From: an uncultured Treponemataceae bacterium
GTDB lineage: Bacteria; Spirochaetota; Spirochaetia; Treponematales; Rectinemataceae
Length of the DNA stretch: 64,000 nt
NCBI GenBank assembly: GCA_964540615.1
Contig: CAZINN010000008.1
Location: 2,641-66,640, forward strand
Direction of reading: 5' to 3'
Position 1 is the stretch's first letter. Every line of letters begins with the position of its first letter. The notes under the pieces are model-generated. The model was not told the origin of the DNA. It saw only the letters and a list, made by a program, of their open reading frames with translations, and ran no database searches. Below, in pieces: positions 17,316-26,432 of this stretch. The translations under genes were made by a program, and so were the position numbers.

Positions 17316-19318
17316 TCAAAAAATCTCCCAGCACGCAATCCGACTATCAAGCCGGAACCGTCAACCGCCGCTCCTCCGAAAAGCGAAAAACTCATTGGAG
17401 CGAGACCCATAATCGAGACGCCTGCGCTGAGCGTTCCTCCGACCGTCGTCAGCGTAGTCAGCCCATTCGTTTCGGTTTGTACACCGGAAACATCGACATA
17501 CACACCGAGTTCCGGACGCTCAATGATAACCAGTTCCCCGAAGGCCATTTCAAGGGGACGGGCCGTCCACATCGCTTCGAGATTTGAAAAAAAACGCATC
17601 CTGCCGCGCTCTTCGACCGGAGCGCTTCGGCATGGATCGGAGACCACGGCCTTCAGCCCCGGACCTTCGAATGCCTGTCGATATATCCCACGAGCCCGCA
17701 AGGCGAGAGAGTCTGCCCATGTCCACTGAAGCTCGAGCGAGACCGCCGGGCCTCGGTTCCCGTCCGAATCGAAAGCGAACAGGCCTTCGAGATCCGCGCC
17801 CGCCCCAGAGACCGCCGTTGAAGTCCGCGGGGCGGCGAGATCGAGTCCGGCCGCCAGCCCCCACGATGCATCCCCAGCCCTGACCGGAAGGCCGAGTTCG
17901 CCCCGAATCAAAGGACGTGCGATTAGGCCGTCGAGGGGTTCGAACGAAATCGAGGCCGCGGAACTTAACGCAATATCCTGAGGCGCAGGCGGCTCGATCC
18001 CGTCGGTCAGGACGCCAGAGCCGGATACAAGCATATCGACTCCGATCGAACAACCGAATCCTGATATTTTCTTATCACAAGATGGAAAGATATACTTATC
18101 CAAACCTGCGCGCAGAACAAGGCCCCATGCGCGATCATCGTCGTCTTCGAGGCCGGCCACGGCAGAAAGTCTCAGATGAAGGGGGCCGCCGCGCACCTCG
18201 ATCGACGGGCCGGCCCAGCGTCGCCCCGAAAAAACGGCGCTTCCATTCTTTGCCTCGTCGAATAATCGAATATCTGTTCCAACTAGAACATCGGGCGGGA
18301 CGGGGAAAGCGGCTCCGAGGCGCGCGGCTGCAGTCATCTTTTCTATTCTGCGCTTGAAATATGCGCGCCGCTCTGCGAGTTCCCCTGAAGGAGCGCGCGA
18401 TTCGCCCGAAAGCGCTCGCAGCTCTTCAAGCACCGCCAGAGTCGAAGACCTGCCCCGCGCGATCACTTCGGCGGGTCGTGAAAACTGCATATAAGAAAGC
18501 TCTTCGACATCGCAGCGAATCACCAGGGGTTCATGCTCGAGTATTCCCGCGACAGAGCTCCTCGTTTTGCCGATATCGATGGCGCGGTTTATGACGACAA
18601 ACGGGCTCGCAAAATTCATTTTCCGGCCGTAAAGGGCGGTTGCGACAGCCACCCTCGTGCTGTAGCGGCAGGCGATGTCGACCGGCACGAGATTCGTGAC
18701 TCCTCCGTCGATGAGAAGAAGATCTCCCATGCGCACCGGTTCGAATACCGCCGGCAGGGCGATGGCCGCGGCCATGACGGTCGCGGCATCTCCCTCGGCG
18801 AGAAGCACCTGCCTGCGAGATACGAGGTCCTCGCAGACAATGAGCACGGGAATCGGCATATCAGCGAGATCGAGATTTCCCACGAGAGCGCGTATGACAG
18901 CGATAAACCGCCCGGCGTCGAGGAACCCGCCGAACAGGGGCAGCTCGGGATCGAAATACCTGTTTGCAGGAAAAACATCAAAAATGCCAGCGATATCGTC
19001 GGGCGCAATACCCGCGCAGTACAAAAGCGCGACAATAGCGCCCATCGAATCCGCAACGATAAAGTCGGGACGTATACTTTCCTGCTCCATGACCTGAAGC
19101 ACACCGATATGGGCGAAGGCTCGGGCCGAACCTCCGGAAAGCACGAGCCCGAAGCTTTCGCCTCCCGACTTCGCATTCAATTCGGCGATACGCTGTTCGA
19201 AGTGTCCGCCGCCCCGGATTATCGGCCTCGTTACCGAAAGAATGGCGTCATCGGCGTAGAAGGGAAGCAGCTGCGCGGCGCCGTCGAAGGCGGCGAAAAA
19301 AAGCATAAAAAAAAACAA
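17312..19318 (-). CDS. patatin-like phospholipase fused to a C-terminal beta-barrel-like (outer-membrane) domain
   Basis: Oxyanion motif GLVLSGGSARAFAHIG, serine motif ADSMGA, and a DGG aspartate motif (LLIDGGVTN). About 350 aa of Gly/Ala/Ser-rich alternating beta-type sequence follow. The start is TTG 19318 or ATG 19306. Confidence 0.75.
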   Translation of the reverse strand: MFFFMLFFAAFDGAAQLLPFYADDAILSVTRPIIRGGGHFEQRIAELNAKSGGESFGLVLSGGSARAFAHIGVLQVMEQESIRPDFIVADSMGAIVALLYCAGIAPDDIAGIFDVFPANRYFDPELPLFGGFLDAGRFIAVIRALVGNLDLADMPIPVLIVCEDLVSRRQVLLAEGDAATVMAAAIALPAVFEPVRMGDLLLIDGGVTNLVPVDIACRYSTRVAVATALYGRKMNFASPFVVINRAIDIGKTRSSVAGILEHEPLVIRCDVEELSYMQFSRPAEVIARGRSSTLAVLEELRALSGESRAPSGELAERRAYFKRRIEKMTAAARLGAAFPVPPDVLVGTDIRLFDEAKNGSAVFSGRRWAGPSIEVRGGPLHLRLSAVAGLEDDDDRAWGLVLRAGLDKYIFPSCDKKISGFGCSIGVDMLVSGSGVLTDGIEPPAPQDIALSSAASISFEPLDGLIARPLIRGELGLPVRAGDASWGLAAGLDLAAPRTSTAVSGAGADLEGLFAFDSDGNRGPAVSLELQWTWADSLALRARGIYRQAFEGPGLKAVVSDPCRSAPVEERGRMRFFSNLEAMWTARPLEMAFGELVIIERPELGVYVDVSGVQTETNGLTTLTTVGGTLSAGVSIMGLAPMSFSLFGGAAVDGSGLIVGLRAGRFFE

Positions 19319-19345
19319 GGACCACGCACCATCATCGTCCCTTTT

Positions 19346-21349
19346 TCAACTAAAGATCGCAATATCGAGGGCAGAACTGCGTTTAAGGTAGAGTGGTATG
19401 GTGTCGATCGGCGCCGCCGAATCGACACTCTTGCCCCCTTCAATCACCACCCCCGTCGAAACATCGATCCACCCGCATCCGGCGGGCAGATATACTTCGC
19501 GTCGTCTGACTCCCTCGAATAAGATGGGCGCAACGAGGATATCCGGACCGAAAAGATACTCGTCCTCAGTCTCCCAAGCCATCGGATCACGGGGAAAGTC
19601 ATAGAAAAGAGGTCTCATGGGGGGCGTTCCCCTCTCATGCGCAACTCGCATGGCCTCACGAATGTAGGGACGTAGACGCTCTCGTAGAAGCATATACTTT
19701 TTCATGATTTTATACGCTTCTTCACCAAAGCACCAGACCTCATGGTCCGCCCCCGAGCGGAATTCCACACTACCCGGCGAGAGTGTAGGTTTATCCGGGA
19801 GTCGATCTCCGTGCAATCTGAACACTGGACAGAACGCCCCATACTGAAACCACCGTACTAACAGTTCAGGATATGCCGGATCTCGAACATCCGCACCGAA
19901 AAACCCCCCTATATCCGTTGTCCACCAGGGGATTCCTGCGATCGCCATATTGAGACCGGCCTTAAGCTGTATGCGAAGGGAAGCGAAGCTCGAGGGTACG
20001 TCCCCTGACCAGACGAGAGCGCCATAGCGTTGACTACCCGCCCAGGCGCAGCGTACGAGGTTTAGAGGGGCTTCGATCCCCGCCTCGCGCATTCCGTCGT
20101 AGAACGCGGAGGCATGGTAGGCCGGATACGCATTGCCCACCTGCAAGACGGGACCGGCCCAATACCGATAGTTATCAAAATCATAGGCCGAAAACTCAGG
20201 CTCGGCCTCGTCCAACCAAAAAATCTTTACACCTTTGTCGAAGTAACCTTCCTTGACCGCCTTCCATAAATAAGCCCGTGCCTTGGGGTTTGTGGCATCG
20301 TAAAAAAGCGTATCGCCGCAGAATTGCATGGTAACACGTACACCGCGGTCGACCCGGGTCAGATAGCCCAAGCGCAGCATTTCGTCGTAATGGATAGACC
20401 CCTTTTCGACGGTCGGCCAAATAGAAACCATAAGCTCGATCCCCATGGCCTTAAGTTCACGAGCCATGCCCTCTGGATCCGGCCAATATTCGGGGTCGAA
20501 ACTCCAATCGCCTTGTTTCTTCCAGTGGAAAAAATCCACGACAATGACGTCGATCGGAAGACCACGCCGTTTGTATTCCCGCGCCGCCGCGAGAAGTTCC
20601 TCCTGGGTGCGATAGCGTAGTTTGCACTGCCAAAAGCCCAAACCATATTCCGGCATCATAGGAACTGTTCCGGTCGCTCGCGCATAAGATTCCTCAATCT
20701 CTGCAGGCGAATCACCCGCGACGATCCAGTAGTCCAGCGATTTTGTCGAGCGCGCGCGCCATTCCGTCCTATTCTCGCCGAAAACAACTTCGCCGATCGC
20801 GGGATTATTCCAGAGCATACCGTAGCCGCGGCTGGAGAGGGCAAAGGGAACGCTCACTTGTGAATTACGGTGAGCAAGCTCGAGGACACAACCTTTCATA
20901 TTCATCCTGGGTTGCTGGTACTGCCCCAGTCCGAATATTTTCTCTCCGTCGAAGGCCTCGAACCGCGCGGTCAATCCCCAGTCCCCTCCCGGAATCGGCG
21001 AGAAATCGCGGCTAAAGACTCTGATCGCGCATTGAATACCGACACTGTCCCAGTTTCTCTGGTACTCGCGTGTCAGGACATCTCCGCCAACGCGTAGAAA
21101 GCTAATCCTTCCAGTTCTATCGATCCTCGCTTCAATCGCGCCGTTGATGATCGAGGCCTCGTCTCCTTCGATGAATATTTGCGGTGATGTGGTTTTCGGA
21201 AGGAGAAGCGCCCAATCCTCAGTCGGCATCCGCGGAAGATGTGTCGCGCGTACGCGCAGGGCGTTTTCTCCCCAGACCTCGATCCAAAGCGTCTCCGAGT
21301 CGTAGTGGCGCTCGAGCCGATTCCCGCCGTTAATAAAGACACTGCTCAT
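19346..21349 (-). CDS. glycoside hydrolase family 31 (alpha-xylosidase / alpha-glucosidase, YicI-like)
   Basis: Motifs VVDFFHWKKQGDW, IFWLDEAEPE, WSGD and DIGGF. ATG 21349 has GGAGGG 8 nt upstream; the track ORF starts at 21388 and overlaps the GH5 stop. Confidence 0.85.
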   Translation of the reverse strand: MSSVFINGGNRLERHYDSETLWIEVWGENALRVRATHLPRMPTEDWALLLPKTTSPQIFIEGDEASIINGAIEARIDRTGRISFLRVGGDVLTREYQRNWDSVGIQCAIRVFSRDFSPIPGGDWGLTARFEAFDGEKIFGLGQYQQPRMNMKGCVLELAHRNSQVSVPFALSSRGYGMLWNNPAIGEVVFGENRTEWRARSTKSLDYWIVAGDSPAEIEESYARATGTVPMMPEYGLGFWQCKLRYRTQEELLAAAREYKRRGLPIDVIVVDFFHWKKQGDWSFDPEYWPDPEGMARELKAMGIELMVSIWPTVEKGSIHYDEMLRLGYLTRVDRGVRVTMQFCGDTLFYDATNPKARAYLWKAVKEGYFDKGVKIFWLDEAEPEFSAYDFDNYRYWAGPVLQVGNAYPAYHASAFYDGMREAGIEAPLNLVRCAWAGSQRYGALVWSGDVPSSFASLRIQLKAGLNMAIAGIPWWTTDIGGFFGADVRDPAYPELLVRWFQYGAFCPVFRLHGDRLPDKPTLSPGSVEFRSGADHEVWCFGEEAYKIMKKYMLLRERLRPYIREAMRVAHERGTPPMRPLFYDFPRDPMAWETEDEYLFGPDILVAPILFEGVRRREVYLPAGCGWIDVSTGVVIEGGKSVDSAAPIDTIPLYLKRSSALDIAIFS

Positions 21350-21368
21350 AAAATTTCCCTCCGAATGC

Positions 21369-23117
21369 CTACTTCGGACGGTATTCAAAGGTGACAGCCA
21401 AGGTCTTTACTTTTCCGAGTTCTTCTTTTTTCAGGACACACGCAGATATTGGTTTTTTTTCGGATCCACCTGCCACGCGAACGCCGGTCGGTATCTTGGT
21501 TACCCAGGCGTTATAAAGATTTACTCGCGTACATATTCCGTCGTCGCTGGTGGTATATGGGCTTCCGGACATAGTATATGGCTGACCGTTTATTAATATT
21601 TCTTTAATGTCGATAATATAGCCGGGGAAAAGTCGCTCGCCGTTTGCAATGCCAACAGCCGAAAAGCCAACGCTCTCGGCATAGCCGACACTGGTGTTCG
21701 AAAAGTCAAGCATAACCGTATAGATTCCGGGACCGGCTACAAGAACGTCGGTCGCCACGACACCGTCACTCTTCGAGGTTGGAGCATAGGTGTCCCCGAC
21801 GCTATACGAGACGTTAAAATCACCCGAATTGTACATAATCCACGCCACTGCAACGTCTGCAGGTACACTCGGGGGATTCACCGCATTCGCAAGGGAACTA
21901 CCCAGAGATACCCTCGCAGATGTCTCGATATCCTCTACGCTCCTTCCTTTTCTGGCCGACAAACTACGCGAAGCAAACATAGTCGCCACCGCCTCGTTTA
22001 TAGTGCTGAGTGTGGATCGCTTGAACAGAGAACTGCAATCCCATAACACGGGGCAGTATCCATAGACATCACAATTGTCCAAAAGGTTCCCGATGTAGTC
22101 GAGGGTATTGTCCTTCAGCGAACCATCCTTTTTCAGGGAAACGCCATATTCGCCGACAACAACGCCATATCCCGCCTTTGTGAATTTCGTCATTTTTTTA
22201 AAACGAGCATTCATTTTGGCGTATTCGTCTTTTGTGCCCCAATGACTGACACTCGTATTGATACAATAATCCGATGGTTCGTAATAGTGAACAGAGACAA
22301 GCAGACGCCCTTTCGCCGAATCGGTAGGCATTACGAAACGCTCATCACACGTTTTGCCGATATCGGTATTGTAACCCGCGATGAGAAGGAAGCGGTCCGC
22401 GTTCCTCCCCCCTGTTTTTCGTATTGTGTCGACGAATACTTGGTTGATCATGTTGACCATGGTGTAGCACTCATCCTCCGAAAGGCTCCCCGAATCCGGG
22501 GTGATATCGGTATCGTTGAGCCTATTGCCAAGTTCTTCGTTGGCCGATTCAAAAATCACTCGATTCGGATAGTCTTTGTATTTCTCGGCGATCTGCGTCC
22601 ACATAGAAACATAAAGTTCAAAAGCTTTCTTCCGTGTGTTCTCGTCACTCGATCCGAACATGCCCCACCAGCCGCCATCCCAATGGTCGTTTACAATAAC
22701 GAACATATTCTCTGCCATGGCATACTCGATTAATTCGCCGACCCTGGTTAAGTATGCCTCATTGATTTTGAAATCACCTGTCTCAAAGGCCATCGTATTG
22801 GTCCATGCAACCGGAATACGCAGAGTATCGAACCCTGCCTTTTTAAACGCACCGACGATCTGCGGCGTAGTGACAGGCTGTCCCCAGAAGGTCTCATAGT
22901 CACTGATAGAGCCTTTGGTGCCGAATTTCACACGGCCATAGGCTTCCATCGTATTGCCCAAGTTGATACCGTTACCCATCCTCCTAGCCAGCTCTACAGC
23001 GGCAGAAACAGGAGGCTCCGGTGAAGCACTAATCGGATATGGTTTGCTCGAACAACCTGTGAACATTTGAGTTACCAGAATGATTTCACATAACACTAGC
23101 ATCTTGCCTGCCGTCAT
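21369..23117 (-). CDS. glycoside hydrolase family 5 lipoprotein (cellulase/mannanase type) with a C-terminal beta-rich (CBM-like) module
   Basis: Lipobox FTGC. GH5 acid/base FESANEE and nucleophile VVGEYG. ATG 23117 has AGGAGG 6 nt upstream. Confidence 0.8.
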   Translation of the reverse strand: MTAGKMLVLCEIILVTQMFTGCSSKPYPISASPEPPVSAAVELARRMGNGINLGNTMEAYGRVKFGTKGSISDYETFWGQPVTTPQIVGAFKKAGFDTLRIPVAWTNTMAFETGDFKINEAYLTRVGELIEYAMAENMFVIVNDHWDGGWWGMFGSSDENTRKKAFELYVSMWTQIAEKYKDYPNRVIFESANEELGNRLNDTDITPDSGSLSEDECYTMVNMINQVFVDTIRKTGGRNADRFLLIAGYNTDIGKTCDERFVMPTDSAKGRLLVSVHYYEPSDYCINTSVSHWGTKDEYAKMNARFKKMTKFTKAGYGVVVGEYGVSLKKDGSLKDNTLDYIGNLLDNCDVYGYCPVLWDCSSLFKRSTLSTINEAVATMFASRSLSARKGRSVEDIETSARVSLGSSLANAVNPPSVPADVAVAWIMYNSGDFNVSYSVGDTYAPTSKSDGVVATDVLVAGPGIYTVMLDFSNTSVGYAESVGFSAVGIANGERLFPGYIIDIKEILINGQPYTMSGSPYTTSDDGICTRVNLYNAWVTKIPTGVRVAGGSEKKPISACVLKKEELGKVKTLAVTFEYRPK

Positions 23118-23345
23118 CGTCTGCCTCCTTCTATGAGTATGTGCTGCCAAGTGGCATCCGCCCGCCTAGACCCTCAAAAAGGACTTCTTGAGGCTCAACA
23201 AGGTTCGAGGAACTTGGTATAATTCACCGTATGACGCTCGATCATGCACGCGACTCCGATTCCGCCTCAGAAAGCTCAGACTCCCCACACCCTAGTCAGG
23301 CGCCAAGAGGCGCCGTATCGATGACCGCCCGCGAGAGGGCCAGCC

Positions 23346-24662
23346 ATGGCCGCTGAAATTCTCGTTCTTCTCGCCTTGATCCTGCTCAATGGTTTTTTTT
23401 CGCTGTCCGAGATGGCGGTCGTCTCATCCCGCAAGGCGAGACTCAGACACGAGGCGGATCGCGGAAGCAAGAAATACCGTCTCGCCCTGGAAACCGCCGA
23501 GAAACCTTCACGTTTTCTTTCGACGATTCAAGTCGTCATCACCTTGATCGGCACGCTCACAGGAGCATTCGGCGGCGTCACGATCGCCCGCGGTCTTGAG
23601 GACCTCATAGCCGCGCTGCCCTTCGTCGGCCGCTACGCCCAGCCCATCGCCGTCGGCATCGTTGTCGTGCTTACAACCTTCGTATCGGTCGTCCTGGGCG
23701 AACTTGTGCCGAAAAATCTCGCCCTTTCCCGGCCAGAGCCGATCGCGGCCGCCGTCATCGGCCCGGTGCGGGCCTTGGCGATTGTCTTCGCCCCGCTTTC
23801 GCGTTTTTTATCGGCGACGACCGAGCTGCTCGTCTCTCTGTTCGGCGGGAAAAAACGAGAAGAGCCCGCCGTCACCGAAGAGGAAGTGCGCGTCCTCATC
23901 GCGCTCGGCGCCGAGTCGGGCGTTTTCGAGCCCAGCGAGCGGGAAATGGTCGAGGGCGTCCTTTCGCTCGACGACCGCCGCGTCACGACGCTCATGACGC
24001 CGAGGACCGATGTCGTCCACATCGACATCAATGACGGCCTTGAGGCGGCGAGAGGTACGATCCTGGCTGATTCCCGCTACGGCTTTATCCCTGTAGTTGA
24101 AGAAGACCTCGATCATGTAATTGGAATGCTTCCGGTCAAGGAATGTCTTGCGGCGATTGCACAGGGTACGTTCAACAATATCGGCGATTTTCTTGTGCCT
24201 CCGGTTTTCGTTCCCGAGTCGGTATCGCCGCTCAAGGTTTTTTCCGCCCTGCGCGAGGGTCGAACAAAAACCGCGCTGATACTGGATGAATATGGCGGTG
24301 TTTCCGGCCTCATTTCGCTTTCGGATCTCGTCGAGACAATCGTCGGCGCCGTCGGAGCGACAGGGAACGAAGACGAGCCCGCGATTATAAAGAGAGCCGA
24401 CAACACCTGGCTTGTAGACGGCGCATTGGGCCTCGAGCGATTCGCAGAAGAACTCGGTCTCGATCGGGCGCCGGGGGACGGAGAATACGACACGGTCGCA
24501 GGTCTCGTATTGGACCGCATGGGAGCCATACCAAAAACGGGGGATAAATGTTTTTGGGACGGCTTCTCGTTAGAAGTTATCGATATGGACGGAAATCGGA
24601 TCGACAAGATCATCGTCAGCCGGCGCCGGACGGACGATCTCGAAGATCAGCCTACAGACTGA
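23346..24662 (+). CDS. hemolysin-family / CNNM transporter protein (DUF21 - CBS pair - CorC_HlyC)
   Basis: N-terminal four-TM DUF21, central CBS region, C-terminal CorC/HlyC-type domain (FWDGFSLEVIDMDGNRIDKIIV). Confidence 0.8.
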   Translation: MAAEILVLLALILLNGFFSLSEMAVVSSRKARLRHEADRGSKKYRLALETAEKPSRFLSTIQVVITLIGTLTGAFGGVTIARGLEDLIAALPFVGRYAQPIAVGIVVVLTTFVSVVLGELVPKNLALSRPEPIAAAVIGPVRALAIVFAPLSRFLSATTELLVSLFGGKKREEPAVTEEEVRVLIALGAESGVFEPSEREMVEGVLSLDDRRVTTLMTPRTDVVHIDINDGLEAARGTILADSRYGFIPVVEEDLDHVIGMLPVKECLAAIAQGTFNNIGDFLVPPVFVPESVSPLKVFSALREGRTKTALILDEYGGVSGLISLSDLVETIVGAVGATGNEDEPAIIKRADNTWLVDGALGLERFAEELGLDRAPGDGEYDTVAGLVLDRMGAIPKTGDKCFWDGFSLEVIDMDGNRIDKIIVSRRRTDDLEDQPTD

Positions 24663-25215
24663 GAAACCAGCGATGAATCGCGGCGTCCCCGACCAGCTCG
24701 GGATGAAAGGTCGCCCCGACGATTGCGTTTTGCTTGACAAGAATCGGATCGCCGTTGTGCAGGGCAAGAACTTCGACACCCTCTCCGACATCGGTGATTT
24801 TCGGCGCCCGAATGAAGACGGCCTCGATTTGTTCCACGCCGGGGACCTTCGTCGATACGACTGCGCGAAAACTGTCGATCTGTCTGCCGTAGGCGTTGCG
24901 TTTCACCGAAACGTTCAGAAGGCGGAGCCCCGGCTGTCCGCTTCCCTCGATTCTGGACGCGAGCAGAATGAGTCCCGCGCAGGTGCCGAGAACCGGCGCG
25001 CCGTCGCGGATTTTTCCGATCAGCCCATCGATCAGGCCGAAGCGGACCAAAAGGCTCCCCATGACGGTGCTTTCGCCGCCGGGGAGGACAAAGGCCTCCG
25101 CCTTTTCAATATCTGAGAGCGTTCTGACCTCGAACCACGGCGCACCCGCACGCTCGAGCGCGGCTCCATGCGCGACATAGTCCCCCTGCAGGGCGAGGAC
25201 TCCGACTTTCCGCAT
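24652..25215 (-). CDS. pdxT: pyridoxal 5'-phosphate synthase, glutaminase subunit
   Basis: MRKVGVLALQGDY..., catalytic GTCAG, C-terminal ATFHPE. Adjacent to pdxS. Confidence 0.9.
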   Translation of the reverse strand: MRKVGVLALQGDYVAHGAALERAGAPWFEVRTLSDIEKAEAFVLPGGESTVMGSLLVRFGLIDGLIGKIRDGAPVLGTCAGLILLASRIEGSGQPGLRLLNVSVKRNAYGRQIDSFRAVVSTKVPGVEQIEAVFIRAPKITDVGEGVEVLALHNGDPILVKQNAIVGATFHPELVGDAAIHRWFLSL

Positions 25216-25221
25216 AGGCGA

Positions 25222-26127
25222 CTACCAGCCGCGCTTCGCCATGCGCTGATCGTCGTTCAGCTCTCCAAGCCCGATGCCGACCATCGGCTCTCCCAGGTCT
25301 TCGGACAATTCGGCCAATTTCTTCGGGTCCTTATAATACGTCACGGCCCCGACAATGGCGGTCGCGCGCCGCACGGGATCTCCCGACTTGAAGATTCCGG
25401 AGCCGACGAATACCGTCTCGGCGCCCAATTCCATCATGAGCGCGGCGTCAGCCGGCGTCGCGATACCGCCGGCTGAAAAATTCGGCACCGGCAGTTTGCC
25501 TGTCTTCGCTACTTCCACCACAAGCTCATAGGGAGCGCCCAATTCCTTCGCCGCGGTCATAAGCTCTTCGTCGCGGAGCCGTGTCAAACGCGCTATTTCA
25601 TCCGTCACGGCGCGCATGTGGCGGACGGCCTCGATCACGTCGCCGGTGCCCGGCTCGCCTTTCGTACGAATCATGGCCGCGCCTTCCCCGATGCGCCTGA
25701 GGGCCTCGCCTAGATCGCGGCAGCCGCAGACAAAGGGAACCTTGAACTCGTGCTTGTTGACATGAAACCGCTCGTCGGCCGGAGTGAGCACCTCGGATTC
25801 GTCTATAAAATCGACGGCGAGAGCTTCCAAAATCCGCGCTTCCATAAAATGGCCGATTCGACATTTTGCCATGACAGGAATGCTCACTGCGTCTTGAATG
25901 GCCTTTATAATCTTCGGATCCGACATACGGGCGACGCCGCCCGACGCACGGATATCCGCGGGAACGCGCTCGAGCGCCATGACGGCCACCGCTCCGGCCT
26001 TCTCGGCTATCTTCGCCTGCTCGGCGTTCGTAACGTCCATGATGACGCCGCCCTTCAGCATTTCGGCGAGCCCGACCTTGGTTCTCCACTCGGGCGATTG
26101 CCGTTCAGACCACATTCCACTGTTCAT
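25222..26127 (-). CDS. pdxS: pyridoxal 5'-phosphate synthase, lyase subunit
   Basis: [18 protein letters not shown] and IRTKGE motifs. ATG 26127 is preceded by GAGGAG; the track ORF is extended to 26199. Confidence 0.9.
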   Translation of the reverse strand: MNSGMWSERQSPEWRTKVGLAEMLKGGVIMDVTNAEQAKIAEKAGAVAVMALERVPADIRASGGVARMSDPKIIKAIQDAVSIPVMAKCRIGHFMEARILEALAVDFIDESEVLTPADERFHVNKHEFKVPFVCGCRDLGEALRRIGEGAAMIRTKGEPGTGDVIEAVRHMRAVTDEIARLTRLRDEELMTAAKELGAPYELVVEVAKTGKLPVPNFSAGGIATPADAALMMELGAETVFVGSGIFKSGDPVRRATAIVGAVTYYKDPKKLAELSEDLGEPMVGIGLGELNDDQRMAKRGW

Positions 26128-26239
26128 GCCGCACTCCTCGGATACACAGGTTCGGCCGGTTGCCGGCCAACCGGGCGATATCCCGGAGATAGAGTACATA
26201 AATCATGCCTGGATATTCAATAATGCCGGCTGGAAAACG

Positions 26240-26313
26240 TGGGCCCACCTGGACTTGAACCAGGGACCGACGGATTATGAGTCCGCAGCTCTAACCAACT
26301 GAGCTATAGGCCC
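26240..26313 (-). tRNA. tRNA with CAU anticodon (elongator Met or lysidine-dependent Ile2)
   Basis: Minus-strand sequence GGGCCTATAGCTCAGTTGGTTAGAGCTGCGGACTCATAATCCGTCGGTCCCTGGTTCAAGTCCAGGTGGGCCCA folds as a cloverleaf. G1-C72 excludes an initiator. C4-G69/C5-G68 and the T-arm resemble E. coli ileX as I recall it. Confidence 0.9.
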
Positions 26314-26432
26314 ATATGATAAGGGATGATATTATCAATACATAGGCTCGAAAAAAAGTCAATTGCCGTGTATACTTCAGCAGTAAGCTGGAATCGGCGT
26401 ATACCCCGAGAACGGCCAGCATAGAGGGGATT

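Noticed and set aside
19296-19318. A9 (19307-19315) and A7 (19296-19302) homopolymer tracts at the 5' end of the patatin gene, considered as a phase-variation switch.
   Set aside because: The T9 run lies between an in-frame TTG and the ATG at 19306. Slippage would therefore not inactivate translation from the ATG. A/T runs of this length are not strong evidence on their own, and population sequencing would be needed.
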